A DNA stretch of 59,876 nucleotides from Catajapyx aquilonaris (taxonomy: Eukaryota), in the NCBI GenBank assembly GCA_000934665.2, contig KZ538600.1, forward strand, positions 1-59,876. Direction: 5' to 3'. Made by a program: the position numbers and the translations under genes. The notes under the pieces were generated by a model. The model did not search any database. It was not told the DNA's origin and was given only the letters and a program-made list of their open reading frames with translations. Numbering within the stretch: position 1 is the first letter of the stretch; the number at the start of each line of letters is the position of its first letter. Of this stretch, positions 26,526 through 39,900 are shown piece by piece.

Positions 26526-26834
26526 CATAACCTACTACTGCAGCCATGTGCTGTGGTGTGCAATGGTGAAGTTTAGACTACAGAATGTAAATGATTAGCC
26601 TACCATTTCAACTTACACTTAGACCATGAAACTGACTTCCTGTTAGTTAAGAAAAAAAATGCAGGAATTACTCTCTGTGCAACCCAGTATTTGAGAAAAA
26701 GACTTAGCATCACTAATGAGAATTGTAGTAAGATGTGCACCAATGAACGTGATTGTAGTTTTTTTTTTGATTAGTTGTGATAACCACATTACTGTACTTC
26801 TCTGCAGATAATGTTACAGAATGCCAAGTGTATA

Positions 26835-27068
26835 CAATGTGTTCCAAGTATTCTGGTCCTTTTAGTTGTCTCAAATTTCTCACCCGAAGTTGTTATTTTT
26901 GTGTAGTTTTTTGAGACCCATCGAGGTGCCCATTATGCAGCAGCTGCTATATTTGACCACACCTGGGAATAATTGGGCACCTTGATTGGGTGTCAAAAAG
27001 CTACACAAAAATAAAGACTTGGGCACAATTTGCGATAACTAAAAGTCCCCAATACTTGGAACACACTG
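26835..27068. mobile_element. Palindromic Tc1/mariner-type MITE
   Basis: TA-CAATGTGTTCCAAGTATT / AATACTTGGAACACACTG-TA; architecture like 18807-19019. Confidence 0.75.
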
Positions 27069-27463
27069 TACATTGAGATATCATACAATCGTTTATCTAC
27101 CTGGTATTAGCCATTCATCAGTACTGCAGAACCACCAGTGCAAACTATTGAATATCTGTTTTAAACCATGCACAGACATGATCAAAACTAATGGAGATCC
27201 AATTCAGCTGGAGCTCAAATGGGTTCAGTGTAAAACTGGAGCTGTCTCCCTTGAACACGAAAATAATCTACTACTGTATTCAATAGTGTGTGTCTGGATC
27301 AGCCCCCTGCAACTCCCTATCTAGGGGCAGGAATCTCCAGTTTTACGCTGAACACGTTGGAGCTCCTCCATCATAATATTTGAGAGTGTCCACAGGTGCA
27401 GGACAAGTCAGTCTCCGTAACATGGCCAAGAAATTTACCAGTAGGCCTACTGTTCTCTATTAA

Positions 27464-27745
27464 CCCTGGAACCGTGACGTGCCTGAAAGTTACAGCAACC
27501 GTGACTTGGGGTCTTTTAGGACCCCATCCATATTTTAATTTTTATTAATTTTTATATCATACTTTTCAATGTATTGACTATATGCAATCATTCTTTGAAC
27601 AATGCCTAAAATGATAGCTAATTCGAAATAAACATGCACTTCCTGTTATATACTATTTTTAAAGGGCAAAAGTTCATTGTAATTATCATTTTAATGCATT
27701 TTAATTCCTTTGGGGTACTAAAAGACCCAACGTCCAGTTCCAGGG
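27464..27745. mobile_element. piggyBac-like MITE, copy 2 (just 3' of the UGT stop)
   Basis: TTAA flanks; CCCTGGAAC / GTTCCAGGG; colinear with 21215-21496. Confidence 0.88.
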
Positions 27746-27985
27746 TTAATTGCATTGTGCTCTTTTGATAACTCGAGTAGGCTAGTTCTGGTGTACCAGA
27801 ATATGGTACATTGCATTTGAATATACTGAAGGATTGAAACCGACTTTTCTTGACACCTGGTGTACCATGTAACAATATGCCTGGATTGGAAAGGAGATGA
27901 AAAATGGCCATTCGCCTCAAGTAGATGATAGAAACCATATGAGGGCACTTGGGTCCTTTTGCCATGCTTCAAAATAGCGTTCATG

Positions 27986-28304
27986 TCACTCAGCTTTGGC
28001 ATGAGGTAAAACATTTGCATAATTATCACTGCTCATTTTATGCAAGTTTTTGTTATGAGTGAAACACCACCTGAGCAGAGTATACATCAGGTAAATGGTG
28101 AGAATAGCTACTGCCAGCAAGAAGGCAATCACATCCAGTCCAAAGTACTGAATGAGATTGAGGTGTCTCGAAGCTAGTCGCAAGTGACCCGCCCCTTTAT
28201 GCCTCATGACATATTCTAGCAACCAGATGGCTCGGTCCTTGGGCGGCATGTTGCTCATGTTGTCACGCATCAGTTGAGACATGTACATCACATTGCGCTT
28301 ATAC
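27986..28304 (-). CDS. UGT coding exon 6 (transmembrane anchor, stop)
   Basis: Acceptor ctgcag|G; YKRNVMYMSQLMRD...PKDRAIWLLEYVMRHKGAGHLRLASRHLNLIQYFGLDVIAFLLAVAILTIYLMY...HAKAE*. Confidence 0.95.
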
Positions 28305-31300
28305 CTGCAGTAGATACAAGAAATGTTTCAAAAAATTATTATTTCATGACCACCAATAATTAATTGTCGAATGACCTCTTTACAGAAAGTAATTTCCTGC
28401 ATGCAAATGTATTTGATATTACTTTTCTAAATGGGTGGCGTGGACAGGGCATTGCTATCCTGAGTACAGGAGCAATATTTTATTTTATTTTATTTGTTTT
28501 TTTATTTTACCCCATTGGGAGAATCGGCGCTCCATTAGGGGGGGGGGGTGTGGAGTACCACCATTGGATGAGGCCAAGNACCATTGGATGGGGCCAAGGA
28601 TAGGGAAGGAAGGAAGCGGCTGTGGCCTATTATACGGAATTATACGGAATATCCCGGAATTGTCCTGGGGGGACCGCGGAATACCACAGAAAACCACGGT
28701 CAGATTCGCTGGCCCCAGGAATCGAACCCAGGACCTCCCAATTAGCAATCGGACTCCTTAACCATTACACCAACCTGCTTCGGTACAGAAGCAATAATCA
28801 AAATGTATTTTTTTTCCCCTAGCTCCCACCCCGATGAATTATATTGTTCTCATACAGGGTCATCGAAAAAGAATGTCCCAATTTTAACCCTATGAGGGCT
28901 ACGTGCCTCATATGAGGTCCTGCGGGTTTTTGAACTGGGCACTCTAGAGTTTAGACAGAAATGGCGCAGTTTGAGGCTCAAACTGATCCTACCACCTCGT
29001 GGAAGGGGACTCAACTGCCATGGCGTATGCTAATCAGTATTTCCGCCTCCCAGCGTGAGCTAAACATACCCCCTCCCGCGGCGTCAGAACAGTGTCCCGT
29101 AAGTCTGGACTCTTAGGAATTTCTCATAATACAGTGTTTTAGTATTATTATGTACGGTAAGCATAGTAACAATTTTATAGTGACTTTAAAATTTAAATAA
29201 ATTTAATTACATTTAAAAGTTAATTGCACTTCAAATTTTTCTGGATCACCCTGTAGATGAATTTTTTCGCCATTTTACATTCAAAAGGACCACCACGAGT
29301 TAAAATGATAAATATTGGAGCAGATTGTTTTTCATTAATATCACTCCTAGCATACTACAAATTTTGGTCAAGAAACGAAAAAAAAAATGGCACAAAAAAC
29401 CTCGCCGTCAAATGGTTAACCCTTTCATTCCCACCGTTGCCATATGGCAACAATTAATCTGGCGGCAAAGCGTTCGCATGCAGAAGGCAAACTTTGTGGG
29501 TCAAACTTCTTGTGCCATCTAGTGGATGGTGACTCAGCACCCACAAAGTCGGATTGTTATATTTTGCTCGCGCCCTTGAACGGTAAACAACCCCCCACCC
29601 GGCGGCATAATTACAGGGTGTCCCATAAGTCTGGACGCTTAGGAATTTCTCATAGTACAGTGTTTTAGTATTATTTTGCAACCATCGTAACAATTTTATA
29701 GTGATTTTAAAAATTTAAATTAATTTAATTGCATTTAAAGTTAATGGCATTTATTTATTTTTTTCTGGACCACCCTGTAGGTGAATGTTTTTGGCATTTT
29801 TACATTTCAAAGGACCACCACGAGTAAAAATGATAAATATTGAAGCATATTGTTTTTCATTATATCACTCCTACTACAAATCTTTTTCAAAAAGAGAAGA
29901 AACGGCCCAAAAAATTCAGGAATGAAAGGGTTAAAACCCTATAACTCGAAAATTTGTAGACATATCTAAATGATTTAAGTTTTGAAATGCTAAGAAAGGT
30001 GTAAAGTTTTGGTCTCACGTAAGTGTATTTCGATATTAACTCCATTTGTCGCTCGAAAAATATAAATGCGGCAATCAGTGTCATGGTTAACCCAATCAGA
30101 CATGTTTGAAGTCACCATTGTGATCCTATCCCGTAGGCGCTGGAGATGCCGGATCTTTTCACCATACATGTATCTCCACAAAAATAGTCAATCGAGGTAA
30201 GATGTGGGCTTCAGGGGAGGCTAGGCATTGGGAAACTTCTCATTCAAGACTTCGCACACTGAAGGGCTGAACAAATGAAACTTTCCTATGGCAGGTTTGT
30301 TTCGTGGATGAGGCGACTTTTTATGTGCGTCATCAGGAACAACGTGTGCGGTGTAAAGACCCATCATATCCAGCATCTACGAAACTCCAGATATGATTGA
30401 GCTGGTTTATAGGCACGAGACCGTCTTTTTTATTTGCTGAGCGACAAGTGAAGCTCATATCGAAACAAAACTAAGGTGAGGCCAAATCATTAGACATTTC
30501 TTAGAATTTAAAAACTTAAATCGTTAAGATATGTCGACAAGTTTTCGAGCTAGAGGGTTTTTAAATTGGGACATTCTTTTTCGATGACCCTATATTTTAC
30601 ACAAAATTTTCCTATGACATTAGAGGGAAGAAAATACGGTCAAAGGAAACACTCTGACACATCCACTACCACACCGTCCTTACTTGGGATTCCTGAGAAC
30701 CTTCCTTAGCGCTTGATAAATTTCCTCCGCATCCGAATCCTTGGATATGCCCACTCCAATCCCTTTGTCTACGGCCCTTTGCAGGGTGTCTCCTTGGTCC
30801 AAAAAAATGGGCATGCCCACTACTGGGACACCGTAGTAAATGGTCTCCATCATGCCGTGCATTCCGCAGTGTGTTAGGAATGCCCGTGTCTTCGGGTGAG
30901 CTAAAGAGAAAAGTTTTTTAAAAGTTTTGTTTAACTGACAGGTATTAATCATCTCTCGACTAGATTAAGAATGGTCAAGTGATTAGGTTCGCGTCATTAC
31001 CAATGGCCTTGGGAGCGGGTGTGTTTTGATCGTGACCTCAGGTGAAAATTTCGGTAAGACTTATGTTGCAAGCATTTGCGAGGAGTCAGTTGCATGACGG
31101 CAGTTTTTTGCGCCATTTTCTCGGAACATGGTGTAATCATAGTATTTAATCTGACTGGATAGGTAACAGGTGAGGGGGTAACACTTTCTGAGTTATTTGT
31201 ACGGAATGTTAGTCTATTGACGTCAGTTTTTTTTCCGTGAAATTGGAATAACCACAAGGAATAGTAATGGGTGCAGTTTTACATTACTTCAGGTGTAACT

Positions 31301-34204
31301 TTGAAAGGCAACGTTAATTCATGCGGTTAACAATGAAGTCAGATTTGTTATACCTTTTTAAACAATTTTCCTCGTGATGAAAGTTCTTGAGACCATAGCA
31401 TATTGCACGGAAAAATATGGTTTACATAACGTTCTAAAAAAAAAGCAACTTCATTTCTCTATTCGTCTCATCGCACCTTTCGTAAAGCACTTGGTTAAGG
31501 TATCGTGAGATCACTCTGGGTAAGATGGCCTAACAATAATAAATCCTCTTTCCTGTTACACAGCTTCCTTCACCGCTTTTCCGCATGGAAAACGATTAGT
31601 TGTTATTGCATATCTCGCATAGCTGGTTCATGCTGCCAAGCAGGTACCGCTCGGAGCGAGGCAAGTAAAAATAGTTCATGAAATGAAGAAATCTGGTTCT
31701 AGAGTATCTGGTAACACTCGTCTTCCCGCCTTGCCCCCACCTCACTGACAACAACCACAACAACAACTCAGGGAAATGACACTTGACTCACCGAGGACGT
31801 CTTGTTGAGGGACAAAGTCGTAGATTCTGGTATTTGGAGGAGTGTTATTGAAGGGAACGTCGAACTTGATGATCACTCGTTGCGGTAGACGGGCGAAGGC
31901 GTCCATGAAGGCCTTTACCATAGTGTCTGGCACGACGGATGAATGGAAAATGTAGCCCATGGTAAACAGGACCACGCCGGCTTGTCCGGAACCTTCGATG
32001 AATTCTGCCAAGTCCTGCGACAAGACCCCCCAAAAAATGGTCAATTGGAATAGGTCGTGACAAGAAACGAGTTTTTTCGTTTGTTTCAATAGCACCTGTA
32101 GGGGTGCAGCAGGATGTAACTATAGTGAAAGTTGGGCGTGATGTTTTCCTGGATTTACATCATGTCCAGATTTGTCAACAGAGTTATTAAAGCGGAATAG
32201 CGATGTGCTCAGGCGTCATGTTATTAGTCGAGAGCATGCCTTGGGTAATAAGGATTTTTTTTACGGCTTGATATTAGCATATTCACGATGATATTTACTA
32301 TGTGCAATTTATGGGCCGTGCAGTTATGGTAAAATGGAAATGACCAAATAATTGCCACTGCCGCAGGGGACATGTAGTTCTTAGATACTGATGATATTCA
32401 TAAAATTAGGTTTGACATTTAGAGCGAAACGAGACATTGCAGTACCCCTGCACCCGAATGTACCCACCGGAGGCAAAGGCCTGGGCTTCCTTATCTGCAG
32501 TCCACCCACGTTAATGAACGTAGGTGGCAGGGCTCGAGGATAGTCAAAACTGAAATCAGTGTTGATGAGCAATCCGTTGATGTCCGCCACCAGTTGCAGG
32601 GGACTAGGAGTGCCAGGGAAGTACTTCTGAACCACCCTGTCAATCACATGGTTGTGCACGACCATGACACTCATGGACGCGAACTTGAGCATGTAGTTGT
32701 AAACTCTTTGGAAGAAGTTCATTCGGTCTGACAAGGTAGATGTAATCATCGGGATGTGCGATGCGGGAAGTGGCGCGGTTGTCACGTCTGCTTCCCCAGT
32801 CGACAGAGAGAAGGCCCAGTAGCCCACGCTGGGAACACCTGTGGAAGGTCAGAATGTCATTTGCTGACCTTACAGAGCACATCTTGTGGTTCTAGGTTTT
32901 TCAGATGACGTTTTTGGCAACGTCACCCATGCAGGTCCCATTATTCTAAATGTAAGGTGATTCTGTAATAAACTGCTTCTCCCCCTTCTGTGATGGCCCT
33001 TTTTGTTTTAATTTGAGGAAAATGTACATGTAGGTTATGAATGTAGACAAATGGATATAACAATGCGCTAGTGCTTGACAGGGGTGTAATTATTAAAAAC
33101 TTTACTAAATCTAATAAGGTAATGTGGGGGNGGGGGATCAATGCCTGGAAATGTTTCTGTTACTGTGAGGGTGGTGAAACATTCAGCGTTGTGCACGAAT
33201 AATCTTCCACTTTGTTGAAGTGTAATGTACAGCTTTCCCGAAGAAGCGTACTTGGGGGTAAACAACGTATATATTTGCATTGTAATCTTGCCTATTCAAG
33301 GGCGTCTTTCTACGGTATAAATTGTTACGCATAAATGTGGAGATACTGGTAATTATTACGTGTTATTTGTATCTGTACTCCTGGGGATTTACCGGTCTGA
33401 AAAAGGCAAGGTGATTTGCGTCATCAAAACTGTCTAGGGTACATTGATATTTCCTTTTGCATCATTACACGTACAGTACGTACCTACGCATTTTCTCGTA
33501 ACTATATACGTGTTGTATGTATCCTTGACACCCTTACTGGATACCGGTATGACATTTTTAAAATCCCGTACAAGACAGGCCGAATTTAAATGTTTCCTCG
33601 ATTTCTCCTTCCTTGTGCACATTATTGCTTTTGTTTGTGCCCTGACATCTTAGCACCAGTAAATTACAGTAACTTATGTCTATTTCTCAATCACATTAGA
33701 CAGATAGTTCCACTTTAAATCACGCAGTCATGATATTAAATGAAATGCACTGGTTTCTCATTTAGGAATAAATAATTATCATCATCATCATGTGAGAATC
33801 AAATAATGACGTCAAAATGTTTGCCACGTTAAATGTATTTGTGGAATTTCTCAGAATTTGTGAGCATCAAAGCAGTCAAAGAATGCTAGCAAATAAGATA
33901 GGTATTAAATGTGCAGGACACATGGGTGGAATTTTGGTCCCACTGCCATAGAAATAGGAAATTGCATTAATTTGTTCAATATTTCTAGCACTGGTAAATA
34001 GGCCCGATGTTATAAGTAGCATTTGTTTACAAGAATGTAGCACATAATAAAATCGAAGAGGCTGCACATTTTAATGCGCCATTCAACACCGTGCAGAAAG
34101 TAGCCTATTATGCAATCATTGATTTCATTACATGCTGCTTTTAAATAACAAAATGCGCCTCTAAAATTGGGTATGATGAAGAAGATGATGATGATTATTA
34201 TTAT

Positions 34205-34242
<38 letters not shown>

Positions 34243-36913
34243 TTATTATTATTATTATTGTTATTATTATTATTATTCCAGCTTTCGCCTTTTACATTTA
34301 CACTATTATGCATCTTTTCGACCGGAAATATTCGTCGCTTGAGAAAAACGGGGTTTCCTACAGATCTTTTACTTGCTAACATTATTTTAAACAATTCCCT
34401 TTTTAGATTGAGTTTGTGACATGATAACATCTATAATGCATATATTGTGCTTGAACTTCATAACAGTCGAATTATCGACTTTTAAAAGTGTGCTCGTCAC
34501 CAGTTCCCAGGCTTGTCGCCTTTTAGTACTTAACTAGCACCTACATATTTGCGAGATATTTATTTGTGACACACAAACACTCTTCATTCACATAGACAAA
34601 ACTCAGAATTATTTTGATACACTTTGTGAAGCAGAACTTATCTGGTACCGTATTTTAAAACTTAATTGCGAATCATTTATGACACAATCCGCATCTTTTT
34701 CTGTAGGACGTGAAGGTAGCCAGGGATCGGCTTGAAACTATATTTAAATTAAAGAGCACTTCGTGCCTAGTCGTGTAGTTCACTCCTCTCACGCAATAAT
34801 CAGATGATGACTGCCTTAATTTCTCGAGCCTCTGTGATTGTTGCATCGTAAAGTAGGCACATTACAAGAGCGAATTTTTGTGTGTGCGAACTTACTGGGG
34901 TAAGCGTTTCCTACCAATGCAGGCGACATATAAGAGAAAATAAATATCTGGTGCTGGCTCAGCGATGAGTCTTCTAGATGAAACTGCGTTTCTGAGAAAG
35001 GATCGATTTTTCATTTTCAAGAATGCCGTAATATTCTGCTTTCAGATATGTCTGGCGAAGCGTGCCGGTCGCTTTTAGCACATATTGAATCACAGTCTCA
35101 TCACTTTGTTAATAATGAAATGGAGAATGTATCCAATTGCAACAATGGTATCCAATGATGTTATAACTTGTCAGGTTTTTCCACCGCGTTATATAACAGG
35201 CAAGTGTGCCTGTTGCATCTCTTTGCACCTTAAAGGGACACTCCATTCAAAATACAAGTTGGCCCCCAAAAATCGGGCAAAAAAATACGATTCCAACGAC
35301 ACCAATAATTATTTTTTTCCGATGAACGATGACCCCAGGGGAACCGGATCATTATGCGTATTTTGGCGATACGGTTGCAACCGTATGCTACTGTTCACGA
35401 CACTCTCGCCGCCTATCGGCAGGAATGGGAAATGGAGCAGGCACAGCTCACAGTAAACACCTGCTGCGCCAGGAGTGCCTGCTCCAGTTCCGCCCGGTTC
35501 CACTCTGGTGGCGGTCGCACCTGCGCCCACAGCCCCGCGCGCGGTTTTCGAACGACACACTTCCAGCTTTCACACTGGCCTTACCGTTCGTCTCTAAGAA
35601 AAACTGCTTATACCCTCGGAATCAGGATTTTTTGCCCGATTTTTAGAACCCAACTTGTATTTTGAGTGGAGTGTCCCTTTAAGAGAATCACCTACTCAAG
35701 ATGTTTTTTTTTTTCATAGCGTAAGAGCCCATTTTAGGCATATGGTGAAATAACAAGCCAATTTAATTGGATTGGTGGATTGTGATTAAGTCTAAATTAC
35801 CGCATATTTCAACAATATACGGTAATTTAGACTTAATCACAATCCACGGACACTACGTTTTTATTATCATATTCCATATCAGACTGCTTGTGAAGTTATT
35901 CACGTTATTTGGAATGTTTATAAATGTTTAAGAGTAATTGGTTGAGAAATTGCCCGAATGTGAAATGTTGTAGTGGCAAGGCTGGACAGCTTTACAGGGA
36001 AGTTCGTCTGAATGCGTCGCTTGCCAAGATATTGGCCAACATACGGAAATTTTTTTGTCAGGTTGAAGGAGTCAGCGATATATGTCAAGGCTGAAATTCT
36101 TGACCGTAATGAGTTAAGCAGTTGTTGAGATGTGTACCGGGTTTTCCCCCACCTACAGTCCCAGTGTTTTTTTGTTATGAATGCGGCATGAACTTACAAA
36201 ATCTGATACCATGGTTCTAATAATTCTTTGATCCACACAGGATTTGTAGGCAGTGGTTGCTAAAGAGATGCGAAACTATGTTGAGCTTTGGGGGAAATTG
36301 GTTTGGGGGGAAAAAAAAAGATACAGCCAAACTGTACTACGTACTTTTGGAATACGAGAGGAGAATGTACTGTACGCTCCATGTGTCACACTCTCTGTGG
36401 GTTATTCCCAGTTGTGACTGTCACTTGTTATGCGTGCGTCACAGTAGCCGAATAATGGGGTTTGAACGTACAAATCTGGGTTAAGGCCTCAAATCAGGTA
36501 AACTGGACGGAATTCAAGGAAAAAATCTGCATAAAACAGTGTTACAGCTCAATCTACGATTATGGTGAGTGTTCTGTAATAATTCCGACGACTTTGTTGA
36601 GTATAAAGTCTTGAACACCAGCGGATCACTTTAGATAGAGGTGTTTTATGGTGTTATGCCAAGAGACATGTTGTCCATTCGTTGTGAGAGTGGGGAAAAA
36701 TAGTTGCATGTTGAATTAATTATTCTATACGGTACATATTTTTGGCTGTTTATGCTTCATGTTCCCGTAATTCTGATATCTTAACTGAGAACGTTTGTGT
36801 CTGAGGTAATGCTTTTCGCAGCATATATTCTTCAATCCAAAGCCCCGTAATTCTGGTGACTGCCACTTGACATCCATTGCTACTCGTATAAGGTATGGAG
36901 CTAGCCAGGCAAA

Positions 36914-36952
<39 letters not shown>

Positions 36953-39900
36953 ATATGACAGGAGTGAGGGTTTCAATATCTGATGCATTGTGTAAGTTAA
37001 TAAAAGTTACAAACCAAGACCGTAGTTGGTACAACTTACCCAGGTTATGCATGAGGGCCAAACTGCACTCATTGTACAGGAGATCCACAAGTGCTACATC
37101 ATATTCTTGTTCTCGGAGGTAATGGAGGAGCTGAGCATTTGATAGCAGAGCACGGCAATGCGCATCCAGGAGAAGGAAGCCTGTCACCGGGAACACGACA
37201 GGCTTAAGACCCCAGTCCCACAGCACTCCTGCAGGGACCTGTGCCAAATTTAATCATATTGTACTGTCAGCTCTTTTTATTAGTGTCACTGCATCACTGT
37301 CCGGACCATAGACACTACACAGGGGGGTACTAAAAATCTCGGATTTAGGCTTCTTTGCGAATTTATAATAAGAAATTTGTTGATTTTGACGAATTAGGCA
37401 TCATTACGTAGATAATCGCCTGTTAGGTTTTGAATCGCAATACACGCTGGTGACAGAGCTCATCCTGCGCGCCGATAAACCTGCAAACACGTATGCTACG
37501 TGGGTCATCTGGTCTGCAGGATGATTACTATCACCATCTTATGTTCAGTTTTGAATTTCATTTCACTCGGCTAAAGAAACTGTGATCATTTCGAGTTAGA
37601 AATTCGCAAGAAGCGAGGGGAAGTGCTCACCTTTCGTAGCACCTGAGTAGTGTGTAAAACACTGGTCCCATCACAGTGTTGGTATACCAAAACACTGGTC
37701 CCAGAACAATACCCGTATATATTTGACTAGAGGCCCCCGCCAGAGGATATAACGACTTTTACGTCAATTTAACGACTATTTTAACGTTAATTTAACGTCA
37801 AGATTTAACGATAATTATATCATTGAGACGTTAAAAAGTCGTGAAATTAACGTAAAAGTCGTTAAAATAAAGCCAGGATCCTCTGGCGGGGGCCGCTAGT
37901 CAAATATATACGGGTATTGTGCTGGGACCAGTAGTGTTTTGATCGAAGTTTTGATACCAGCACTGTGCTGGGACCAGTGTTTTACTATACTCACCTGCTA
38001 AGAGTAAGGCTGTGGTTCCCAAACTATAGGTTCGAGAGCATTTTTTTTAGGGTAACAGTTAGTTTTAAAAAATGAAACCTATACTTATAAAGCACCCTGC
38101 ATGGACACAGCGGAATTTTGTCAATTACGGAACTTTTGTTTGGTCCTGGCAGATGATTTTCAATGTATTTTTGTCCAGTGTAACGGAAACTGGCAATCAT
38201 TGCAGAAAGGAGTGCTCTTTACAGACAGGTTTATTTGTAGGCCTATGTGGCAAAAAGTAATAGCGAGATAGTGCATTGACTTTAATTAGAAAAAGAAAAA
38301 GAAAAGAAAAAGAAAACATGAGTCAGTACTGTAGGTCGGCGGCCTGAGAACACGAACAATGAGTTTTGTGAATCATTGCTGTAATATATAATGTGTACGC
38401 CGGACGGTATTCTTGATTTTCAATTCTGTCTTTACTAGTTTAGACTCTTCTAAAGGGGGCGGGACTTTTGGCCACCTTGTATATAGTGTGACAATGACTG
38501 CCTATTATGTTCCGTGTCCACATGTAATCAAACCGATCTTTGCACAGGATGTTATTTTGTACATTTTCTTGATATATATGTTCCTATCTTTAACTTCCAC
38601 AGATAAGTTACTTGGAACTTTGCATTGTTATTACTCAGCCGTGAGTATCATCACCATACGAGACGGGTGGCCCCTAGGGTCACCTGTGTGCTGGTATACT
38701 GCGGAGCACACAGTGGGCTATATCGATTGACTTGACGGACTGTCACATGGAGAAAGAGATATCTGTGGCCCTGTAACTATTCTCTCTGTAACTCTTAACT
38801 AATTAGAAGTAACTCTGTAACTAATTGGTCAAGAATAGTTATGTCAATAAGGTTTCGTTTTTAACTGTTGTTCCGATGCCAGCACATTATCGCGAAACAT
38901 TTATTGAGGAATAAGGGGGTGGAACAACTTTCAAGTACATTAGTATGTTGTTACACGGTATGTTATTTATAGGGTCACCTAATGCTCGTGTTTCAGTATA
39001 AAGAAGATAATATATTGTCGGAAAAATGTTAATTCCAACATGATGAAAAGGACCTATCCGCTTGTACTCGGGAATGGGACAATGGAACGGGGAAGTTCTA
39101 TTTATTGGTGCACGAAATGCTTAGGGGCTGAAAGTGAAACCTCCGCCAAAATAGTGAATATCGAGCTGGAGGTCTGAGCACCGTCTTGAGGCTGGGACGC
39201 AACAGCCAGTAAAAGCTAATGGTCATAAGAGCATATTTCCGGAGAACAATAACTGCCACAAATATCAGATGTTATTTCAAACGGAACATCCGCTTTCCTA
39301 ATGGTAAATCAAAGTGCAGCAGTCCCCGAGACCCTAACTGGAGAAGTATCTATGTCTCAACATTGTACGGAGGTAATTTATTAGTATTTTATTGTCATTT
39401 TAGGGATAATACATGATGCATTGCAGATCATTATTTTTGTGGCTTAGGCTGCACTATAACTGCGCAAGAAAATACGAGCTTTGTGACTATTTAGAAATAA
39501 TTTAAGGGTGTATCAATAAGTGTGGACAATATGCACATTAGAGAAAAGAACTGCACCTCAGAAGTCTTATTCTGTTGACTAATGTACTCATGAAATATTG
39601 TACTTCAAGGCTATGGGAGGGGGGGGGGGAGGGGTGATGTTTATTTCCCGAGATGTAAATGTAGTACCCACAAAAAATAACTTTCCCGATAAGCGAATTT
39701 GGTATTTTAAAACTAATTTAACTTCTTTATTTCAATTAGGCGTGTCTCACACATACACGGATTTATCCTCTCTTTTTTGCAAAATAATTTGTATGTCTAT
39801 GACTGGTGAAATAAAAAATGAAATGTATTGTCTGAATTTGCCTTGGGGTTGCTTATAAAAAACTTAGATGCCTGAGTCGTGAGTGTGTGGTTGCAAATTG

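Noticed and set aside
34161..34430. Poly-N/S/H and poly-T/I ORFs
   Set aside because: Compound microsatellite.
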